A DNA stretch of 64,000 bases from an uncultured virus (IMG/VR IMGVR_UViG_3300025261_000058) (IMGVR_UViG_3300025261_000058); one strand, 5' to 3'; shown: positions 1 to 9,364, counted from the stretch's first letter. Numbers and translations are program-made. Notes: generated by a model not told the origin, from the letters alone.

Positions 1-678
1 TTATTCAAACAGGTTTGGGTTATTGGAAGAAAGAGAATCCTTCTTCCGCGGCGGCAACGGATACGCCTCAGCCCTCATCTCGTCAGCCGGATACAGGTTC
101 AGAAACGACCGCGCCTCGTCGGTCGATCGCGACCCTAGCCAATCATCGTATTCCTCAGGTCGCAATATCACCACTGAGCGCTTCTCAGCACCGGGCCGGT
201 GAAATCGCTTCATGAGCGGATGATCCTCCGCGTTGACCGTCAGCATCGTGAACGACAACGACACGCCCTCTGCGTCCTGCCATTCGCGCCACAATCCGGC
301 GATAGCAAGCGCTGGCCGATCCTTCACTCCAATGCGCCAGCGTACCGGCTTGCCGGTCTCATAGTTCGGCTCGAAAAACGACTGGCAGGGAATCAGGCAA
401 AGCTGCAGCTTCTTCCAGGCACCGCTAAAACTGCGCTTCTCGCCGAGCGACTCAGACCGAGCATTCATCGTGTCGAACACTTTCACGCCTGGCGGGATGT
501 GCTTGCGCGGCACCATGCCGAAGGTCGCCGGATCGGTCGACCTCTGACCATCGTGCAACCTCAGGATTGGGGCGACGTAGTCTTTGTAGGTCTCGGGCCG
601 ATAGTCGAAGTTGGGAGCCGGGAAGTCGGTGAACGCTTCGAACAGATCGCCTTGAGCCGGCTCGTAGTTCGTGCACAT
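1..678 (-). CDS. SOS response-associated peptidase (SRAP, YedK/HMCES family)
   Basis: Starts MCTNY (catalytic Cys2); NARSE, CLIP..F.EP, IAGLW, SFTMLT and H-R motifs. Confidence 0.92.
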   Translation of the reverse strand: MCTNYEPAQGDLFEAFTDFPAPNFDYRPETYKDYVAPILRLHDGQRSTDPATFGMVPRKHIPPGVKVFDTMNARSESLGEKRSFSGAWKKLQLCLIPCQSFFEPNYETGKPVRWRIGVKDRPALAIAGLWREWQDAEGVSLSFTMLTVNAEDHPLMKRFHRPGAEKRSVVILRPEEYDDWLGSRSTDEARSFLNLYPADEMRAEAYPLPPRKKDSLSSNNPNLFE

Positions 679-740
679 GGAAAGCTCCTGAACGCAGTTC
701 CAAGATAGTGCCACATGCTGCTGGCGAAATCCTGGCTATA

Positions 741-756
741 CTGTGTTTTTATACAG
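741..756. promoter_or_regulatory. LexA (SOS) box
   Basis: taCTGTGTTTTTATACAGt matches CTG-N10-CAG between divergent SRAP and small-gene cluster; overlaps a TATACT -10. Confidence 0.8.
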
Positions 757-764
757 TGTCTGCC

Positions 765-983
765 ATGGGCTTGTTCAACACCGAAACGACCGATCGCCAT
801 TGCCTTGGCTGCGAGCACTTTGCGGAGTGGCAGGCGGGCGGTGCGGTCATCCTCTGCATGCGCGGAGGCATCCCCTACGTTCAGGCTCAGCCCGAGCGGG
901 GATGTGTGCATTGGCTGAGGGCGGTCGGGGCCGACGACGAGCCGAGTATCAAGCGGAGGAACAATGACGCTAGACGATCTTGA
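765..983 (+). CDS. Small Cys-rich hypothetical protein
   Basis: ORF directly after SOS box; CxxC...C...C. Confidence 0.55.
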   Translation: MGLFNTETTDRHCLGCEHFAEWQAGGAVILCMRGGIPYVQAQPERGCVHWLRAVGADDEPSIKRRNNDARRS

Positions 984-1182
984 AGGTTTGGGAATTGTTG
1001 TTGGACGCATCGCCGATGCCGAGCTCGGAAACAAGTTCATCGCGTGCGTCGGCAAGGTCACTCATGGCCGCGTTAAGTCTGACGATGGGCAATACTGGAT
1101 GGGCGACACATCGCTAGAAGCGGCGATGCGATGCTATGAGGCGTCGGGCATGACGAGGCCGGAGCGGTCCGCCGCTGAATGA
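964..1182 (+). CDS. Hypothetical protein
   Basis: GGAG RBS; overlaps upstream gene. Confidence 0.6.
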   Translation: MTLDDLEGLGIVVGRIADAELGNKFIACVGKVTHGRVKSDDGQYWMGDTSLEAAMRCYEASGMTRPERSAAE

Positions 1183-1227
1183 CGGGTATGGGCATATTCC
1201 ATGCTGAACCGCTGCCAGGAGGTCGCC

Positions 1228-1458
1228 ATGGAAGAACCCACCTTTGACCCGTTCGAACAGCCGCCGCTTGTAAAAGCGCTGCTCGTCGCGTTGCACACTC
1301 TCGTGGTCCACGACTGCATGGAAGTGACGAGCGAGGGTCAAACATGGACGCTCGACTTCATACCTCAGATCAGAGAGATCGAAGCAGCGCTGAAGACTGC
1401 AGGAATCGATGCCACCAAGCCGATGCTTGCGCCGGTGAGATGGGCCGATGATGAATGA
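1228..1458 (+). CDS. Hypothetical protein
   Basis: AGGAGG RBS before ATG; coupled to ligase. Confidence 0.6.
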   Translation: MEEPTFDPFEQPPLVKALLVALHTLVVHDCMEVTSEGQTWTLDFIPQIREIEAALKTAGIDATKPMLAPVRWADDE

Positions 1459-2084
1459 TGGACGCATCCGACCTGATGCTGGCGACGCTTCACGGCCAAC
1501 CATTCTCCGATCCTGACTGGCTATTCGAACTCAAGTACGACGGGTTCAGATGTCTGGTCGTCAAGGCCGGCGAGGATGTGAATCTCTTGAGCCGAAACGG
1601 CAACCTGTTCAACGGGTCATTCCCTGACGTCGTGAAGGCGGTTGAGGCTATACCCGGCGACTTCGTATGGGATGCCGAATTGACGGTCGACGACGACACC
1701 GGGCGATCGGACTTCGAGCGGCTCCGACAGCGCGCGGTCACCAAAACACCGAAGAATGTCCGCGCCGCGGTGAAGTCCGATCCGGCCCGGTTGTATGTCT
1801 TCGATGCGCTGTCGATCGGCAGCGAAGACGTTCGCAACTTGCCGCTCATGGATAGGAAACTGCACCTGCGCGATTCATTCGAAAACACGCGCACACTGGT
1901 CTACGCGAGCGGCATCCCCGAAGAAGGCAGATTGGTTTTCGATGAGGTAGAGAACCTTGGGCTGGAAGGAATGATCGCCAAACGGATGGACTCCACTTAT
2001 CAGCGGGGTCGATCAAGGGACTGGCTTAAAATCAAGTACCAAGGGTATGGGCGACCGGCCGCCTTGGGCTGGGGCAGGAAGTAA
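1455..2084 (+). CDS. ATP-dependent DNA ligase, adenylation domain only (LigD/LigC-like)
   Basis: Motifs ELKYDGFR, DAEL, LYVFDAL, EGMIAK, WLKIK; ends without an OB domain. Confidence 0.88.
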   Translation: MMDASDLMLATLHGQPFSDPDWLFELKYDGFRCLVVKAGEDVNLLSRNGNLFNGSFPDVVKAVEAIPGDFVWDAELTVDDDTGRSDFERLRQRAVTKTPKNVRAAVKSDPARLYVFDALSIGSEDVRNLPLMDRKLHLRDSFENTRTLVYASGIPEEGRLVFDEVENLGLEGMIAKRMDSTYQRGRSRDWLKIKYQGYGRPAALGWGRK

Positions 2085-2101
2085 CGACCCGTGGAGGGAT
2101 C

Positions 2102-2395
2102 ATGACACACGACGAACTTCACCAAAGGCTTACCGAGCAGCTTCAAACGATGCCGCTCGGCACTTCCGCCGACCTGACGGACTTCGCGATCGCCTATTGG
2201 GACGGACACAAGGTCGTCTATGCGTTCTTGCGGGACGAAGGCTGCGGGCGCGTCGAAGAAGAGTTCGATTTCACCGAACACGAATTCGAGCAATGGGCGG
2301 ATGCCTTGGCAGCTTGGGAGAAAGAGCCGAGGTTTTCGGTGCGACCGGAGATTTTGGAGTGGCTGAAGGATGCGCCGCCGTTTGAGGCGGGCTGA
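2102..2395 (+). CDS. Hypothetical protein
   Basis: GGAGG RBS; acidic 97-aa ORF. Confidence 0.65.
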   Translation: MTHDELHQRLTEQLQTMPLGTSADLTDFAIAYWDGHKVVYAFLRDEGCGRVEEEFDFTEHEFEQWADALAAWEKEPRFSVRPEILEWLKDAPPFEAG

Positions 2396-2428
2396 AATGA
2401 TGAGCGCTCAGGGCGCGGGGGAGGGATA

Positions 2429-2614
2429 GTGGACAAATCGATTCAGAGTGCCGGGGCTAACGCTCGCGCAGCCGGATGCACCGAATTTGATAACCCATAC
2501 TACAAGGCCGAGAACATGCCTGCTGCGACAGGCGAGCGGGCGGAGGAATGGGCCGAAAAAGAAATCGCGTGGCGTCTTGGTTGGATAGCGGAAGACGCAA
2601 TTCGCAGGGATTGA
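2429..2614 (+). CDS. Small hypothetical protein (CrpP-related-like pattern)
   Basis: G..AR..G....DNPY...W..GW pattern. Confidence 0.5.
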   Translation: MDKSIQSAGANARAAGCTEFDNPYYKAENMPAATGERAEEWAEKEIAWRLGWIAEDAIRRD

Positions 2615-2647
2615 CGCGCTGCTCGATGGCAGGCGAGAGGAGGGAGT

Positions 2648-2872
2648 GTGGACTTTGAGTCATGGTTTCGCGCAGAGGTGATCGCCGATCGGCTCTACGG
2701 GGCAGACGAGGATGCGGCGCGCTTCACGTGGGATGCCGCGATGACGATCGCTGCGTCGGTTTGCGAGCGACATGCCGAGAACGCTGGCGACGATGAAGCA
2801 TATTCGGTTGGCTCTGGCTGTGCTGCTGAGATCAGGGCAATGAAGACCGCGCCGCAACCGGCGGGAGATTGA
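2648..2872 (+). CDS. Hypothetical phage protein
   Basis: GGAG RBS, GTG start. Confidence 0.5.
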   Translation: MDFESWFRAEVIADRLYGADEDAARFTWDAAMTIAASVCERHAENAGDDEAYSVGSGCAAEIRAMKTAPQPAGD

Positions 2873-3190
2873 TGTGCGCTCATGGGCGCGGGAGGAAGGG
2901 ATGATACCGATTTACGGCAGAAAGAGGTTTTACGAGATCAAAGAGCATTACGACGCCCGCACGCTATTGTCTTTCGCTGGCGGCCATTATTTCATCGTGG
3001 CCATTGAATATGACGTACGCACGGAGACTGGTTCATTTTCGGTCCAGCAGGTGACGTACGCGGATGCCTCAAAGGACACGTCGGTTCGTGATGCAATCTT
3101 GAGTAACCTGAATTGATCGTCGCCGGGGGGCGAGAGAAGAGGGGTGCCGTCCGAGGCATGTAGCAGCGCTTCGGACGGGAGTAAAGCAGT

Positions 3191-3577
3191 TTAAGCAGTT
3201 GCGGGGCCGTTGCCCCAATGCGACCAGCCAAAGGCGCGAACGCCTAACCACATGGCTTGTCGGGTAAGCCACGAGACGCCCGTTAAGGCTGACGCCTCAC
3301 GCAGAATCGCATCGGCCGTCTTGCGATCCACGATATGCGTTGAGTACGCGTAGTCATGGATGACGCTGGCCATGTTGGCAACGCCGCCGGCGAAGTCGTA
3401 GACGAAGGGGATTCTAGGCGTGCTCGCCAAGTCAGTAACGAATCCGGCCGGGACGGTGATGGTTAGCTTCGCCGCGTCAGACTGATAGACCAGCGGGGCG
3501 TTAAGCCGCCAGGTCGCCGGCCTATCCTTGATCAGGTCCGCGTCTAACACGTCATACGGCTTGACGAACGCACTCAT
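3191..3577 (-). CDS. DUF1353 family protein
   Basis: VPAGFVTDLAS.P and A.V.HDY.Y...R..AD..L motifs. Confidence 0.8.
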   Translation of the reverse strand: MSAFVKPYDVLDADLIKDRPATWRLNAPLVYQSDAAKLTITVPAGFVTDLASTPRIPFVYDFAGGVANMASVIHDYAYSTHIVDRKTADAILREASALTGVSWLTRQAMWLGVRAFGWSHWGNGPATA

Positions 3578-3996
3578 ACACCGCTCGCGGCCGATGCTGG
3601 ATCAGCAGTAGCCGGCAGCGAAGCCAGCACGCTCGACAGGACGATTTGCGCAACCGTTAGGTCGATGCCGATCTTCGTCTTGTCCTGGTCCGAAAGCGGC
3701 GATGCGTTGACGACGGCCATTACGGCCGGCAATGCCGTTGCACCGAGCGACTTCAGATCGGCGACGTTGACACTCGAGCCAGCAGAGCAGACTGCGGCCA
3801 CAATCGGCGCGGCGTCGGCTAGCTTGGCCTTGGCATCATCGCTGAGACCAACGACGGCTTGCAGAGAGGCAATTGCGGTTTGGGTTGGGGGACATACCTG
3901 CGCAGCGATTTGGGCGGGCGTTTTGACAGTGCCAGTGGTAGCACAGCCAGAGACGAGCGCGACAAGGCCTGCCGCGAGCAGCATAAATTTACGCAT
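3574..3996 (-). CDS. Lipoprotein in lysis cassette
   Basis: Signal peptide with lipobox LVSG-C. Confidence 0.75.
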   Translation of the reverse strand: MRKFMLLAAGLVALVSGCATTGTVKTPAQIAAQVCPPTQTAIASLQAVVGLSDDAKAKLADAAPIVAAVCSAGSSVNVADLKSLGATALPAVMAVVNASPLSDQDKTKIGIDLTVAQIVLSSVLASLPATADPASAASGV

Positions 3997-4034
3997 GGTG
4001 ATCCTCGATAGTTTGCCGCGAGCGCGGCGGGGAA

Positions 4035-4244
4035 TTACGCGGCGGGAGTTGCTTTGCCTGCAGCGCGCGTCTTGACGAAATCAATGCCGGCATGCACGCC
4101 GGCCACCAGGACGCCCGCCACCAACGATGAAACGCTGGGCGGTACAGGGACGTGGAATGCCAGTCCGAGAACCCATTCGACTGCGGGCATGAGGGTGGCA
4201 GTGGAAATGGCGATGCCGCCGGTAACTACGGCTGAATTGTTCAT
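4035..4244 (-). CDS. Holin-like membrane protein
   Basis: 69 aa, two hydrophobic segments, basic C-tail, near endolysin. Confidence 0.6.
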   Translation of the reverse strand: MNNSAVVTGGIAISTATLMPAVEWVLGLAFHVPVPPSVSSLVAGVLVAGVHAGIDFVKTRAAGKATPAA

Positions 4245-4786
4245 GCTTGCTCCTTGTGGAGTGACTTCAGTTCATCGGGTGAGTAGACGAAGCCGGGGAT
4301 CAGAAACGCCTGGACGCTCCAGACGGGGTCGCTTTCTTCGTGGCGTCCATGGCCCTTGCCGCGGTGATGAAGCTCGCAGAGGGGCAACTGGTTGTAGATC
4401 GAGTCCACAAAGGTTTCGGGCTTGGCCGGGTCGAACGATTCCCAATCGAAGCCCTGCGTCAGGCGAATCAAATCCCACACCGGATGCTTCTTGGGAATCG
4501 GCACCACGCGACCCAACTTGTGTGAGTGCATGACGTCGGTCTGGTTGAGTGCGACCGATCTAATCCAGACGAAGTCGACGGCATGGCTGTATGCCCACTC
4601 GAAAAATCGGTGATGGCTTTCCACCTTCTCGTCATCGCCGCAGACGGCGCATACATAGCCTCCCTCGGCTTTGAGTTCACGTTTGCTCGCTCGGAAGATG
4701 GCTGATTCGGTGCGGGGCTCATGGCCGGGATAAAAGACGTCTTCGGTCAGAGTCCGGTGAGTCTCGTGCGTGTCTTGTGCAGTCAT
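4241..4786 (-). CDS. His/Cys-rich hypothetical protein (HNH-like)
   Basis: CAVC...ESHH...NQLPLCELHH. Confidence 0.6.
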   Translation of the reverse strand: MTAQDTHETHRTLTEDVFYPGHEPRTESAIFRASKRELKAEGGYVCAVCGDDEKVESHHRFFEWAYSHAVDFVWIRSVALNQTDVMHSHKLGRVVPIPKKHPVWDLIRLTQGFDWESFDPAKPETFVDSIYNQLPLCELHHRGKGHGRHEESDPVWSVQAFLIPGFVYSPDELKSLHKEQA

Positions 4787-4836
4787 TTTCGTTTATTCGT
4801 TTGGCGGATATTCGGCGAATATTCGTCCGGCAGATA

Positions 4837-5307
4837 TTAGGAAGGCATAGCGCCCGTTTCCATTGCCTGGGCGAGACGCTTGGCGCGTGCGCCTACCTGA
4901 CCCGCCCACTTCGAGCTAAGCATCCCTGCCGCGGCGACTGCATACGAGCCGCGCTGCATGGCCGCGAGCGTGTTCTTGAAGCCGAGCAGGCCAGTGCCGA
5001 GTGCGGCGTTGCCGATCCCCATGTTGAAAGCCATGTTCGCGACGACTCTTTGACGAACCTCATCCATCTGTCGCCACCATGGAAGGTTGGCGTCGAGCTT
5101 GGCGAGGCTGGTTGAGATGTCGCGAGCGAGTAGCTGGTTGACCTGCGCATCCGAGAGCGGGAATGTCCAGGCGCTAGGAAGGGGCGAGACGTCCATGTTG
5201 TGACCGACTCCGCACGTGCGTTTAGGCGGCTTTGCGGTGTCCAGGTAGGGCACATACCTCACGCCTTCGTCGCGGCGCAGCTCGGCCTCGAGAAGGGCGG
5301 TATTCAT
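4837..5307 (-). CDS. Endolysin, T4-lysozyme-like glycoside hydrolase
   Basis: L.RDEG.R..PY.DT...T.GVGH, NMAFNMG, S.WA.QVG.RA.RL. Confidence 0.9.
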   Translation of the reverse strand: MNTALLEAELRRDEGVRYVPYLDTAKPPKRTCGVGHNMDVSPLPSAWTFPLSDAQVNQLLARDISTSLAKLDANLPWWRQMDEVRQRVVANMAFNMGIGNAALGTGLLGFKNTLAAMQRGSYAVAAAGMLSSKWAGQVGARAKRLAQAMETGAMPS

Positions 5308-5606
5308 CCTTGCCCCGGCCACTTGCCATGCATGAGACCCCACACAGCCGCCGCAAACGCGATGAATGGGCCGAACCACACGACGAACTTGCGAAGAACG
5401 CGGCCCGTCGCAGTGAAGAAGCCAATGCCGCCTTTGGCGAGCTTTAGAAGCTCGACTAGTTCTTTCGTATTCGACTCAACACGCAATGTCGCGTCGGTGT
5501 TTGCCGATAACTCAGCGCGCCAATCGCCGACTTGCTGCTCAATCGTGCTCATGCGTTGCTCCAGGGCGGTGATGCGTTCATCGCCGTGCGGGTGGGAGTG
5601 GTTCAA
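5304..5606 (-). CDS. Putative holin/antiholin (coiled coil plus C-terminal TM)
   Basis: TTG start inferred; coupled to endolysin; C-terminal hydrophobic helix. Confidence 0.55.
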   Translation of the reverse strand: MNHSHPHGDERITALEQRMSTIEQQVGDWRAELSANTDATLRVESNTKELVELLKLAKGGIGFFTATGRVLRKFVVWFGPFIAFAAAVWGLMHGKWPGQG

Positions 5607-5624
5607 AGGGAGGCCCCGGATAAG

Positions 5625-5646
5625 AAAAAGCCCTCCGAGGGAGGGC
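5625..5646 (-). terminator. Intrinsic terminator upstream of lysis genes
   Basis: GCCCTCC-CTC-GGAGGGC then TTTTCTT on minus strand. Confidence 0.6.
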
Positions 5647-5669
5647 GTTGGTCGATGTGAATTTATGTG

Positions 5670-5698
5670 TTGACAAGATACCCATTGGGTACGATACT
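5670..5698 (+). promoter_or_regulatory. Sigma70 promoter with palindromic operator in spacer
   Basis: TTGACA-17bp-GATACT; TACCCA-T-TGGGTA at 5679-5691. Confidence 0.8.
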
Positions 5699-5756
5699 TC
5701 GCATCACTGAGCCGCGCATATCGTGCGGTTCGCCACTCCGAAAGGAACGACATCAA

Positions 5757-6932
5757 ATGAAGAAATCTCTTCGTGCGCACTCCTGCGCAACTGGAACCGC
5801 CAATGAATTACGAGCCGCCCATCCCAGAAGACCTGGAGAGGCTGAAGGACGAGCTGGGCAAGAGCAGCGGCGAAATGGCCGAGTTGTTCGGGCTTGCCAG
5901 CGGACGACAGTGGCGCCGTTATCTGTCGACGGACGAGAACAACAAGCGGGACATGGGCATGCACATGCTCTTCTTCGCGATGGCTCGACTGGAACTCAAC
6001 CCAGAAGACATCGAGCGCGTCTTGGCTCGCATGCGCAAAGTCGGCGCAACGGTGGATCTGTCGGGGACCACTGGAGAAGAGGACTAGTAGCAGCCCTGAG
6101 CGTTTGCCTGGCTGCATGCGGCGGCGGAGAGAAGCCGGCCGAGCAGGTCGTAGCGAAAGCGGTCGGTCCTGCGGTCATCGTGCCAGCATCTGTTGTTTCT
6201 GATGCATCGGCTCCAGTGGCCGCATCAACGCCCGTTCCGCCGGTAACAGCATCAGAGCCCGCGGCATCTTCTCCGGGACCGGTGTCCGCGCCCGATCCAG
6301 CATCGACGCCAGTCGTGAAGATTGCGGTGTTCGGCGACGACGAGGTTGCCGGCTTTGCGCTTAGTCAGTACGGCATGCCAACTCTCGTCAGTCCGACCGA
6401 GCAAGCCGGCCTGCAGTCTTTGCTTCAGGCGAAGTTCAACGACACGGGAATCACGGTTGCCAATGCGGCGACAGGTGGCACGTCGAGTAGCCTGCAGAAC
6501 GAAATGGACGGCATGGACGGCGGAGGGTCAGCCGAACCGCAACGCATGGTCGCGTCAGGCGCAAGCATCGTCATTCAGGAGCACATGTTGAATGATGCGC
6601 TCGGCGGTGAAACTGTCGAGCAGTACGCCGGATACCTGACGCAATGGGTTGAGGACGCCAAGGCAGCCGGACTGACGCCAGTCCTTGAGGAAAGTGGGCC
6701 AGTTTGCGATGGCAACCACCCGCAGCTAGCCAGCTATGTCGATGCGATGAACGACGTCGGAAGAAGACTCAATGTCCCCGTCATTCATCAGTATTCGTAC
6801 GTCCAAGGCATCGCCGGATGGCAGTCGCATGTGACTGGGTGTTTGTACCCGGATGCGACGCTGCTCGCTGCGAAAGCTAACCAGGAACTGGCAGTCATTG
6901 CGCCGCTCGTGAAAGCTGCGCTCGGAGAATAA
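5757..6932 (+). CDS. SGNH/GDSL-like lipoprotein (start uncertain)
   Basis: Lipobox LAAC, Pro/Ala linker, IAVFGDD, N.A.GGT, ND, YP motifs with degenerate catalytic residues. Confidence 0.6.
   Translation: MKKSLRAHSCATGTANELRAAHPRRPGEAEGRAGQEQRRNGRVVRACQRTTVAPLSVDGREQQAGHGHAHALLRDGSTGTQPRRHRARLGSHAQSRRNGGSVGDHWRRGLVAALSVCLAACGGGEKPAEQVVAKAVGPAVIVPASVVSDASAPVAASTPVPPVTASEPAASSPGPVSAPDPASTPVVKIAVFGDDEVAGFALSQYGMPTLVSPTEQAGLQSLLQAKFNDTGITVANAATGGTSSSLQNEMDGMDGGGSAEPQRMVASGASIVIQEHMLNDALGGETVEQYAGYLTQWVEDAKAAGLTPVLEESGPVCDGNHPQLASYVDAMNDVGRRLNVPVIHQYSYVQGIAGWQSHVTGCLYPDATLLAAKANQELAVIAPLVKAALGE
5803..6087 (+). CDS. Small HTH (XRE-like) regulator
   Basis: L..LK.ELG.S..EMAELFGL..GRQWRRY pattern; alternative GTG at 5773. 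Confidence 0.7.
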   Translation: MNYEPPIPEDLERLKDELGKSSGEMAELFGLASGRQWRRYLSTDENNKRDMGMHMLFFAMARLELNPEDIERVLARMRKVGATVDLSGTTGEED

Positions 6933-6934
6933 TC

Positions 6935-7771
6935 ATGCATACGCAACAACGGGTGGTTCAGGCTTCACGCGGTCGCCGAGTTCCGCGTCAACAGGTTGCG
7001 GCATCTCGCACGAACCGCCGCGCTGGATCGCGGTGGCGTGCGGCGGCTGTAGCGATGTCGCTGGGCTGTGCAGCGGCTAGCGCGCATGCCGAATCCTTCT
7101 TTCAGATCGAAGCAGGCCTTGGCATGGCCAGCTTCACCACGTTGCAGGATGGAATGTATTTTCAGCGTGGATTTAGCCACCACTTCGACCTTCACGTGCC
7201 GGCCGGACGGGTTGGCATCGTCCTGAACGCCGTCGACTATCGGCAAGGCTCCGTTATCCCTGGTCTGCGCATTCATGCTGACTACATGAATTTTGGCTCG
7301 ACGCACATGACCAGCGACGCCGCACAAGATGCGGAAGACTTCACCTCTCAAGGTCGGACCGGCGGTTACGACGCGACCACCAAGGGATGCTACGACAACA
7401 ATTGCGGCGCCATTCGACGCTTCGATTCCACTGGCGGTTTGCAACTTGTCGCATTGACCGCGGAGCCATTCTGGCAGAAAGGCCCCTGGACCTTCGGCGT
7501 AGAATTCGGGGGGACCCTGTTCCGGAGCACATGGACGTCTACGGCGACGGTCGTGAGCGATACCTCGCCTTGGGGGCCTAAGGGCAGCGTTGAGGTGTTG
7601 CAGCACCAGCCACATATTCAGGGGGGCACTATCGTCGGCGCCTCTGTCGCGTATAAGGCGTTCTCACTGCGATACAACTATGTCTTTTGCCCCATCGGTA
7701 AATCAACCGCGAAGAACGTGCCGGCTGGATTTTCGGGCGCGCACATGCTTACTGTCGGATACACCTGGTGA
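6935..7771 (+). CDS. Outer-membrane beta-barrel protein
   Basis: Signal peptide ending AHA, amphipathic strands, C-terminal VGYTW. Confidence 0.7.
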   Translation: MHTQQRVVQASRGRRVPRQQVAASRTNRRAGSRWRAAAVAMSLGCAAASAHAESFFQIEAGLGMASFTTLQDGMYFQRGFSHHFDLHVPAGRVGIVLNAVDYRQGSVIPGLRIHADYMNFGSTHMTSDAAQDAEDFTSQGRTGGYDATTKGCYDNNCGAIRRFDSTGGLQLVALTAEPFWQKGPWTFGVEFGGTLFRSTWTSTATVVSDTSPWGPKGSVEVLQHQPHIQGGTIVGASVAYKAFSLRYNYVFCPIGKSTAKNVPAGFSGAHMLTVGYTW

Positions 7772-7927
7772 TGTGCGGGCATCGTCGGTACCGATTTGGC
7801 TCCGAAGCGATCCGTGACGATTCGGATGGGAAGCGACTTTCCGATCCGGTAAACATGTTACATAATCCACATTTTTCACGGCAACCGGCCCGAGCAAAGT
7901 CCTCGACCCGGATAATCTGGAGTGTGC

Positions 7928-8857
7928 ATGGATTCAGTTAAGCAAGATTTCGAAGCCAACGGTTTTGCCGTGTTCCCGTCATTCTATTCGCATGAGCAGA
8001 TCGATTCAGTCGTAGATTCGATTGCACGACGAAAGCTAGAACGCCCATTGAATGTTACGGTCGACTTGCTGGACACCGGTGAGCGCAGCCTTTTGGGCTT
8101 GCTGACGCCGCAAGAGATCGCCACGCGCCGGATGAAGATCAACGATCTGTTTCTGGACATGCCGAACGTGCGCGAACTAGCGCTCTCCGATCGTATTGCG
8201 CCGGTGTTGGAACGGTTATTAGGCCACACGCCAGCACTGTGCAATAGCTTGTATTTTGAGAAGGGAAGTCAGCAGCCAGCACACGTCGACTCGATTTACA
8301 TGACGCCGACGACCCCAAATCATCTGATAGCGATCTGGGTAGCTCTGGAAGATGCACACGAGGATGCAGGGCAGCTCGAGTATTTCCCAGGCAGCCACAA
8401 GATCGAACCGGTTGTCTTCAGTAACGGAACTCGCCATTTCGTACCATCTGAAATGCCGAGCTGGCACTCTTACATGGATGAGCAAGTTGAACGCATGGGC
8501 CTTGAGAAAAAGACGTTCTCAGCCAAAAAAGGCGACGTGTTCGTGTGGCACTCTAACTTACTACACGGCGGCGGGCCGATCGCCGACCCGGCTCGAACCC
8601 GCAAGTCATTGGTCTTCCATTATTTCTCGGCAGACGATGCGACGACTCTTGGTATGACGCTCGAAAGCCAATCATGCGCATATTGGATCAATCGTCCAAT
8701 CCAAGCCGTTCCCAGGGAGGCGTTCGACCGGGCCGAGTTTGAGAAAGCCTATCTGGAGAAATATGCGGACGTTGCTCAAGCAGTTCGCGAAGGCCATTTT
8801 GCTTCCGGCATCCAGCATTACCAACTTTTTGGAAAGGCGGAAGGCCGCGCCACCTAA
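7928..8857 (+). CDS. Phytanoyl-CoA dioxygenase (PhyH) family 2OG-Fe(II) oxygenase
   Basis: HVD...WVALED...G.L...PGSH...GDV..WH..L.HGG...R.S; C-terminal YL..Y.DVA...HY...G..EGR module. Confidence 0.88.
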   Translation: MDSVKQDFEANGFAVFPSFYSHEQIDSVVDSIARRKLERPLNVTVDLLDTGERSLLGLLTPQEIATRRMKINDLFLDMPNVRELALSDRIAPVLERLLGHTPALCNSLYFEKGSQQPAHVDSIYMTPTTPNHLIAIWVALEDAHEDAGQLEYFPGSHKIEPVVFSNGTRHFVPSEMPSWHSYMDEQVERMGLEKKTFSAKKGDVFVWHSNLLHGGGPIADPARTRKSLVFHYFSADDATTLGMTLESQSCAYWINRPIQAVPREAFDRAEFEKAYLEKYADVAQAVREGHFASGIQHYQLFGKAEGRAT

Positions 8858-8939
8858 GATCATCGGGACAACCAAAGCGTGTGGCGAAGCAGGTCCAGAT
8901 AGGCGAGCCGCCCGACTGCGGCTCCTGTATCCGGTTTTG

Positions 8940-9359
8940 TTAGGTGCCAGATGGATATGCGGGGCGCGTCGGCAGGGCTTGCGTTGGATCGCCCGAGGCT
9001 GCACTGACGATCGCGCGCAATGCCTTGCGATAGGTCGCCCATGCTGCCGGCGTCGGCACAGCGTTTTCATAGCAACGCAAGATCGTGAGGTCTGAGGCAT
9101 CAAGGGCCGCTTTGGCGCTAGCCTGGTGCAACGTCCACGCAATAGCGGCCTTTTCTGCTGCTACTTGATCTGCACTAGGCTGCACTGGCGCCACCAATGC
9201 GCCGTTGGCGATGGTCCAACCTGGGCTGCCGATACACGTCTGCCACTGTGCATCGGTTATTTCGATCGCCGTTACGCCATCAGGAACCGGACTGTCGATC
9301 GAATCGTAGAATGCGACGATGGCACCCGTCGAATCATATGCCGCAAATTTCTGGCTCAT
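8940..9359 (-). CDS. Tail fibre assembly chaperone
   Basis: Follows fibre; W..YR..LR...P..P C-terminus. Confidence 0.8.
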   Translation of the reverse strand: MSQKFAAYDSTGAIVAFYDSIDSPVPDGVTAIEITDAQWQTCIGSPGWTIANGALVAPVQPSADQVAAEKAAIAWTLHQASAKAALDASDLTILRCYENAVPTPAAWATYRKALRAIVSAASGDPTQALPTRPAYPSGT

Positions 9360-9364
9360 GGTTG

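Noticed and set aside
8851..8946. CACCTAA/TTAGGTG inverted repeat spanning convergent stop codons
   Set aside because: Short and imperfect; at most a terminator-like structure
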